Positions 58,666 through 64,000 of a stretch of 64,000 nucleotides of DNA are shown in pieces. This DNA comes from an uncultured Gemmatimonadales bacterium. Lineage in GTDB: Bacteria > Gemmatimonadota > Gemmatimonadetes > Gemmatimonadales > GWC2-71-9. Numbering within the stretch: the first letter of the stretch is position 1; every line of letters begins with the position of its first letter. The DNA lies in contig CAVPGI010000002.1 in the NCBI GenBank assembly GCA_963704015.1, positions 36,537 to 100,536 of the forward strand, written 5' to 3'. The notes beneath the pieces were generated by a model, which was given only the letters and a program-made list of their open reading frames with translations, was not told the origin of the DNA and searched no databases. The position numbers were made by a program, and so were the translations under genes.

Positions 58666-59802
58666 CTGAGCCTGCGCGCCTTCCTCTATTCGACCCTGCT
58701 GGTCCCTCTCCTGGCCGCGCCCCTCGCGGCCCAGGATAGCACCCGCAGCCTCACCTGGCGGACCCAGTTCACTCTCTACGCGGACAACACCGAGTTCTTC
58801 AATCCCTATCGGGCGGGTGAAACCCTGCTCGGGGGGAATTTCTGGTCCTGGCTCGATTTCGGGGTGACGCGCCGCTCGACCGTACGGGCCGGGGTCTTCT
58901 TCGACCACCGGAGTGGAGACGATCAATTCGCCACCCAGATTCTCCCGGTGGTCTCCTACCGGTTTACGACCGATCACGATCTGGGCGTCCTGGGCACGCT
59001 GGAGACGGTGCGCCGGCACGGGTACCTGGCCCCCCTCGAGGTCCTGCAGCTCGACATCACTCGACCGGTGGAGTACGGCGGCCAGTGGATCACCCGGCGG
59101 AAGCACTTCGACGGGGAGATCTACATCAATTGGCAGGTCCTCAACACACCCAGCAGCCGCGAGGTCTTCGACTATGGGTGGCTGCTCACCGCCAAGCCGG
59201 TTTCCTGGGCCCATCTGGACTGGCAGGCCCACGGACTTCACCGCGGCGGCCAGCTCTATGACGTCGGGCCGGTGCGAAACAACTACGCCAATGGCCTCGG
59301 TCTCCGGCTGCAGTTTCCGGTGCCGGTGGTGCAGAGCGCATATCTCTGGGGCTACAAGTTCTGGAGCTCCGGTAACGCCAGCTTGTCCATTCCGGATAGC
59401 GTTCTGCCCCCGGGCAATGGGCATGGGACCTATCTGCAGACCGGGATCAGGCCCGCGGGGTTCGACATCTACGGCATCTGGTGGTGGGGAGATCAGTACC
59501 TCGCCAACGAGGGGGACGCTAACTACAACTCGATTGGCCGGGACACCACGTATAAGGCGGATCGCTTCTATTTCGAGATGGGGGTGCTCAAGCACCTGGT
59601 GGCCAAGTCCGGGATCAGCGCCGATTTCGAGCTCCGGTTCAACCAGATCGACCACCGTAAGAGCATCGCCATCGATAACACCTACTGGGAATACTCCTAC
59701 CGCATCATGGTCCGGGTGCCGTTCGATCTCCTGCTCTGGCGAGAGAAGAAGCCGCCGGCCGGGCGCCCGGAAGGGGAGGCCGGGGCGGGCCAGCCGCCCT
59801 AA
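58666..59802 (+). CDS. Secreted outer-membrane beta-barrel-like protein, hypothetical; start codon unclear
   Basis: Signal-like LLVPLLAAPLAAQ; Tyr/Trp-rich amphipathic strands. Confidence 0.45.
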   Translation: MSLRAFLYSTLLVPLLAAPLAAQDSTRSLTWRTQFTLYADNTEFFNPYRAGETLLGGNFWSWLDFGVTRRSTVRAGVFFDHRSGDDQFATQILPVVSYRFTTDHDLGVLGTLETVRRHGYLAPLEVLQLDITRPVEYGGQWITRRKHFDGEIYINWQVLNTPSSREVFDYGWLLTAKPVSWAHLDWQAHGLHRGGQLYDVGPVRNNYANGLGLRLQFPVPVVQSAYLWGYKFWSSGNASLSIPDSVLPPGNGHGTYLQTGIRPAGFDIYGIWWWGDQYLANEGDANYNSIGRDTTYKADRFYFEMGVLKHLVAKSGISADFELRFNQIDHRKSIAIDNTYWEYSYRIMVRVPFDLLLWREKKPPAGRPEGEAGAGQPP

Positions 59803-59895
59803 CCTCCGGCCCCTTCGACCGGTATTTTACTTGCCGCCGCGGGGGGCTCGGTCGAGCTGCCCCACTCCTTTCCGTTCGGAACCACGGAGCCTGCC

Positions 59896-60855
59896 ATGCG
59901 TTCTCGTCTCTTCGCCCCTCTGGTACTCTGTTGTTGCCTCCCCGTCGCGGCCGGTGCCCAGATCCCCAAGATCAAGCCGCCGAAGGTCTCTGTGCCCGGT
60001 GAGCACAAGGACCAGCAGACGACAGCGGCCAAGCCCAGCTGCGACATCTCCACCGTCGTGATCTCCAACGACGTGGTCTCCCGCTACCTCAAGTCGTTGG
60101 ACGCTCGGGACGCGGAGATCCGCTCCATTTCCAAGGAGAACTCGGCGATCGGCCGCTACTACGCCGCGGTGTTCAAGCAACAGGACGAGAAGCGTCGGTG
60201 GAACGACTTCCAAGCTGGCGTCGGCCCCGACTACGTGCGCGAGCAGGAAGCGTTCAAGAAGGCCAAGACCGATGTCAATGCCTACAAGACGGTGGTCGAG
60301 ATCGAGAACAGCGTGAAACCCAGCGATACCAAGTTGCCGGAGCTCTCCTGGGACGATCAAAAGGCGGCCAACGATCGGATCGACACCGCGATGCGGAAAG
60401 CCGGGAACTTCGAGTCGTGCGATTGGGCCGGCGTGACCGATGTGGTCCCGCCAATCGCCTATGCCGTCAACGAGAATCCCAACCTCAAGCCGGCCGATGT
60501 CCATGTCGGTCGGTCCACGGGGGTCTCCGCCGACGAGCTGGCCGCAGTACGGGCCAAGCGGGTGGAGCTGGCCAAGGGGCTGGGCATCGGCTACAAAACG
60601 GATTCCGTGGCCACGGCCGAGAAGAGCGGCAGGGCCACCAAGCCGGTGGTGGTCGGTAACGACCCGATGGCGGCGTACAGTTTGTGTACCCAGACCGAAA
60701 TGAAGCCGTCCCAGGACTACATCGCGGCACATCAGGCCGAGATCGATGCGGCCCAGAAGACCGGCGATTACCAGAAGGTGGCGGAAATCTCCGCCAAGGC
60801 GAATGACGGCATGTTGGCCGCCACCAACAAGTGTCAGCCGCTGATGCCCAAGTGA
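59896..60855 (+). CDS. Secreted hypothetical protein
   Basis: Signal peptide; intact 319 aa. Confidence 0.5.
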   Translation: MRSRLFAPLVLCCCLPVAAGAQIPKIKPPKVSVPGEHKDQQTTAAKPSCDISTVVISNDVVSRYLKSLDARDAEIRSISKENSAIGRYYAAVFKQQDEKRRWNDFQAGVGPDYVREQEAFKKAKTDVNAYKTVVEIENSVKPSDTKLPELSWDDQKAANDRIDTAMRKAGNFESCDWAGVTDVVPPIAYAVNENPNLKPADVHVGRSTGVSADELAAVRAKRVELAKGLGIGYKTDSVATAEKSGRATKPVVVGNDPMAAYSLCTQTEMKPSQDYIAAHQAEIDAAQKTGDYQKVAEISAKANDGMLAATNKCQPLMPK

Positions 60856-60859
60856 CCCG

Positions 60860-61792
60860 ATGAAAGTGCTGCAAGTTCTGGCGTTGGGGCTGGCCGCCGG
60901 CTGGGTTGACCACCCGGCGGGAAGCCTCGGCGTCCGGACCGAATCGGGCTGGGTCACCTGGTGGCGCGCTGATCAGGCCCCCGCCCAATGGTCAGGCCCC
61001 GACCCCGCCGTCACGGAAGCGCTGCGCTGGCGTCGCGGGGCAGCCGGCGTGGAGTGGGCGGAGCTGGAGCTGTCCGGCAGCGGCGAGGCCTGGCGGACCC
61101 GAACGGTCATTGTCCGGATCGATCCCCGTCAGGTCAAGCTGCGTCTCGCCAACGGAGTGGCTCCCGGGGGGTCGCTCGCGGTCTGGAGCGTCGATGAATC
61201 TCCGGACGACGCGGTGCTCAGTCTCAACGCCGGCCAGTTCGCCGGGGGCGCCGTCTGGGGCTGGGTGGTCCACGAGGGCGTCGAGTACCGGGCCCCGGGT
61301 CGAGGGCCTCTCGCCGCGGCAGTCATCATCGAGGCCGATGGGAGTGTCCACCTGGGTGACGATCTCGAGGTGGCTCGACGCCGGGCCACCGGCCGGCCCG
61401 AGCATCCGTCGCAAGTCGTCGAGGCGTTTCAGTCCTACCCGCTCTTGCTGGAGGGAGACGGGCGAGTGCCCAGGATTCTCCTCGAGGGTAGCCCGGACAT
61501 CGACCTCGGCCATCGAGACGCTCGCCTGGCCTTGGGCGCGCTGGCGGACGGGCGATTGGTGGTAGCCCTGACGCGCTTCGATGCGCTGGGGCCAGCCCTC
61601 GGAGGGGTGCCCTTCGGTCTCACCATCCCTGAAATGTCCGCGCTGATGGGCGCCCTGGGCTGTCGCTGGGCGGTTGCTCTGGACGGCGGCGTATCGGCCC
61701 AGCTCGCTCTGCGCGACTCCACCGGTGCCCGTCAAGCCTGGCGCGGACTCCGGCGCGTGCCCCTCGCATTGATCGCCAGCCCCCGGCCCTGA
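60860..61792 (+). CDS. Phosphodiester glycosidase-family protein (DUF2233 / NAGPA-like)
   Basis: SVHLGDD...YPLLLEGDG...ALTRFD...ALDGGVSAQLAL motifs. Confidence 0.55.
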   Translation: MKVLQVLALGLAAGWVDHPAGSLGVRTESGWVTWWRADQAPAQWSGPDPAVTEALRWRRGAAGVEWAELELSGSGEAWRTRTVIVRIDPRQVKLRLANGVAPGGSLAVWSVDESPDDAVLSLNAGQFAGGAVWGWVVHEGVEYRAPGRGPLAAAVIIEADGSVHLGDDLEVARRRATGRPEHPSQVVEAFQSYPLLLEGDGRVPRILLEGSPDIDLGHRDARLALGALADGRLVVALTRFDALGPALGGVPFGLTIPEMSALMGALGCRWAVALDGGVSAQLALRDSTGARQAWRGLRRVPLALIASPRP

Positions 61793-62008
61793 ATCACCTA
61801 GTCCGCCTCCAATAGGGGGAATCAGGAGCCCGATTTACGGGGTCTCAGTCTCCGGTTTCCTGAGCGCCGGAGCCGGCCCCGAGCGCCTCCCGCAACACGT
61901 TTCAGGTCAACAAGTTAGAGGTCGTCCCCTGGCTTGCCGCGCCGGGGGCGACCCGGCTATACTTCTACGTTCTGCAGCACCAATGTTGTCACCCCCACCA
62001 GGCTCAGC

Positions 62009-64000
62009 ATGACGGCACCCAATTCGCGCGAACGGATCCTCCCGCGGCTCATCGAAGAGGAAATGCAGCAGTCGTTCATCAACTACTCGATGAGCGTGAT
62101 CGTCTCCCGCGCCTTGCCCGACGCGCGAGACGGACTCAAGCCAGTGCACCGGCGGATTCTTTACGCGATGAACGAGTTGGGTCTGACTCCCGGCCGCCCG
62201 TACAAGAAGGCCGCGACCGTCGTGGGCGACGTGCTCGGCAAGTATCACCCGCACGGGGATAGCTCGGTCTACGATGCGCTGGTGCGCATGGTCCAGGATT
62301 TCTCCCTGCGCTATCCGTTGATAGACGGCCAAGGGAATTTCGGCTCGGTCGACGGCGATCCGCCGGCAGCGTACCGCTACACCGAGGCCCGCCTCACCAG
62401 CGTCGCGATGGCGATGCTGGAAGACATCGAGAAGAACACGGTGGACTTCCAGGCCAACTTCGACGACCGGTTGCGGGAGCCCACCGTGCTCCCGGCCAAG
62501 ATCCCCAATCTCCTGGTCAACGGATCGAGCGGGATTGCGGTGGGCATGGCCACCAACATTCCGCCTCACAACCTGAAAGAGGTCGCCAAGGCGGTCGAGG
62601 TCCTGATTGATGATCCGGACGCGACCATCGCGGACCTCCGCAAGCACATCCAGGGACCCGACTTCCCCACCGGCGCCTACATCTACGGGCGGGACGGTCT
62701 GCAGGAAGCCTACGAGCACGGCAAGGGCCGAGTGGTGATGCGGGCCCGCGCCCTGATCGAGGAGCGGGAATCGAGCGGCAAGTCCCAGATCGTGGTGACC
62801 GAGATTCCCTACCAGGTCAACAAGGAGAACCTGGTGGCGACGATCGCCGAGTTGGCAATGGCCAAGAAGATCGAGGGGATCACCGGGGTCCGGGACGAGT
62901 CCGACAAGGACGGCATGCGGATCGTGGTGGAGCTCAAGCGGGACTGCCTGCCCAACGTGGTCCTGAACCAGCTCTACAAGCACACCGCCATGCAGTCCAC
63001 CTTCGGCGTGATCATGCTGGCGCTCGACAAGGGCGTGCCGAAGGTGATGAACCTGAAGGAGCTCCTGCGCCATTGGATCGACCACCGGCACGAGATAGTG
63101 GTCCGGCGCACCCAGTTCGACCTCGACGCGGCGCAGGCCCGGGAGCACATCCTCGAGGGCCTGAAGATCGCGGTGGACCATATCGACGAAGTGGTCGAGA
63201 TCATCAAGAAGTCGAAGGACGTGCCGGACGCCGATGCCCGGCTCCGCAAGCGCTTCAAGCTTTCGGAGAAGCAGAGCGAGGCGATCCTCAACATGCGCCT
63301 GGCCCGGCTCACCGGACTCGAGATCGAAAAGCTGGACGCCGAGCTCAAGGAGGTGCTCAGCACGATCAAGGCGCTCAAGACGATCTTGGCCTCCAAGCCC
63401 AAGCGGCTGGCGATCCTCAAGGAGGAGATGGCGGAAATCGCGGAGCGGTTCGGCGACGAGCGCCGGACCGAGATCGTGGCCGACCAGAGCACCTTCTCGG
63501 TGGAGGATCTCATCGCCGAAGAGGACATGGTCATCACCATCTCCCACACCGGTTACATCAAGCGGATCGCGGTGTCCACCTACCGGCGCCAGCGGCGGGG
63601 CGGCCGCGGCCTGAACGGGATGGGGACCAAGGAGGACGACTGGGTCGAGCATCTCTTCATCGCGAGCACCCACGACTACCTGATGTTCTTCACCAACACC
63701 GGGCAGGTGTACTGGCTCAAGGTACACGAGATCCCGCAGGGCGGGCGGGCCAGTCGCGGGAAGCCGGTCGTGAACTGCATCGCGATCAAGCCGGATGAAG
63801 CGGTGGCGGCTACCGTGGCGGTCCGGGAGTTTGCGGACGACCGGTGGCTGATCTTCGCGACCCGCCTGGGGACCGTGAAGAAGACGGTGCTCTCCGCCTA
63901 CGGCAACGTCCGCTCGAACGGGATCAACGCGATCAACATCGAGAAGGGTGACGAGCTGATCGACGTCCAGGTCTGCGATTCCAACAGCGACATCATCCTC
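62009..64000 (+). CDS. gyrA: DNA gyrase subunit A, 5' portion (continues past window end)
   Basis: [54 protein letters not shown]; GyrA-box-region continuity. Confidence 0.85.
   Translation, partial: MTAPNSRERILPRLIEEEMQQSFINYSMSVIVSRALPDARDGLKPVHRRILYAMNELGLTPGRPYKKAATVVGDVLGKYHPHGDSSVYDALVRMVQDFSLRYPLIDGQGNFGSVDGDPPAAYRYTEARLTSVAMAMLEDIEKNTVDFQANFDDRLREPTVLPAKIPNLLVNGSSGIAVGMATNIPPHNLKEVAKAVEVLIDDPDATIADLRKHIQGPDFPTGAYIYGRDGLQEAYEHGKGRVVMRARALIEERESSGKSQIVVTEIPYQVNKENLVATIAELAMAKKIEGITGVRDESDKDGMRIVVELKRDCLPNVVLNQLYKHTAMQSTFGVIMLALDKGVPKVMNLKELLRHWIDHRHEIVVRRTQFDLDAAQAREHILEGLKIAVDHIDEVVEIIKKSKDVPDADARLRKRFKLSEKQSEAILNMRLARLTGLEIEKLDAELKEVLSTIKALKTILASKPKRLAILKEEMAEIAERFGDERRTEIVADQSTFSVEDLIAEEDMVITISHTGYIKRIAVSTYRRQRRGGRGLNGMGTKEDDWVEHLFIASTHDYLMFFTNTGQVYWLKVHEIPQGGRASRGKPVVNCIAIKPDEAVAATVAVREFADDRWLIFATRLGTVKKTVLSAYGNVRSNGINAINIEKGDELIDVQVCDSNSDIIL

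Overview
High-GC bacterial chromosomal window of about 65 genes. The SusC/SusD pair, ECF sigma operon, histone H1-like protein and many secreted TolB-like proteins fit a Gemmatimonadota-like lineage, but that is inference. Most of the window is housekeeping or catabolic: a kamA / aminotransferase / CoA-transferase / permease cluster, thiolase and hbd, thyX, selD, rnhA, uspA and gyrA. There is also a SusC/SusD outer-membrane pair and an ECF sigma / anti-sigma operon carrying HEAT-repeat proteins. The outstanding feature is at 886-6057, just downstream of a 5'-truncated P5C-dehydrogenase gene. It is an integron-type gene-cassette array with no integrase in the window (CALIN-like). It has five attC-like sites, each with an RYYYAAC inverse core and a GTTRRRY core, plus one partial site. 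Each ORF stop codon sits inside the inverse core. Each cassette's 5' TTRRRY matches its own downstream attC, and the cassette GC content is visibly lower than the flanks. Cassette cargo is a Zn-ribbon protein, a small hypothetical, a NERD-domain protein, a membrane protein and a two-gene DUF262 (DGQQR) + HEPN-like (Rx4H) pair that looks like a phage-defence module not described before. Three diverged direct copies of the P5CDH 3' end and terminator (A 628-758, B 4035-4166, C 6057-6111) bracket the inserted modules. Many genes outside the array carry apparent frameshifts that map to G/C homopolymer runs. These are most likely sequencing errors, so the affected gene boundaries are approximate.
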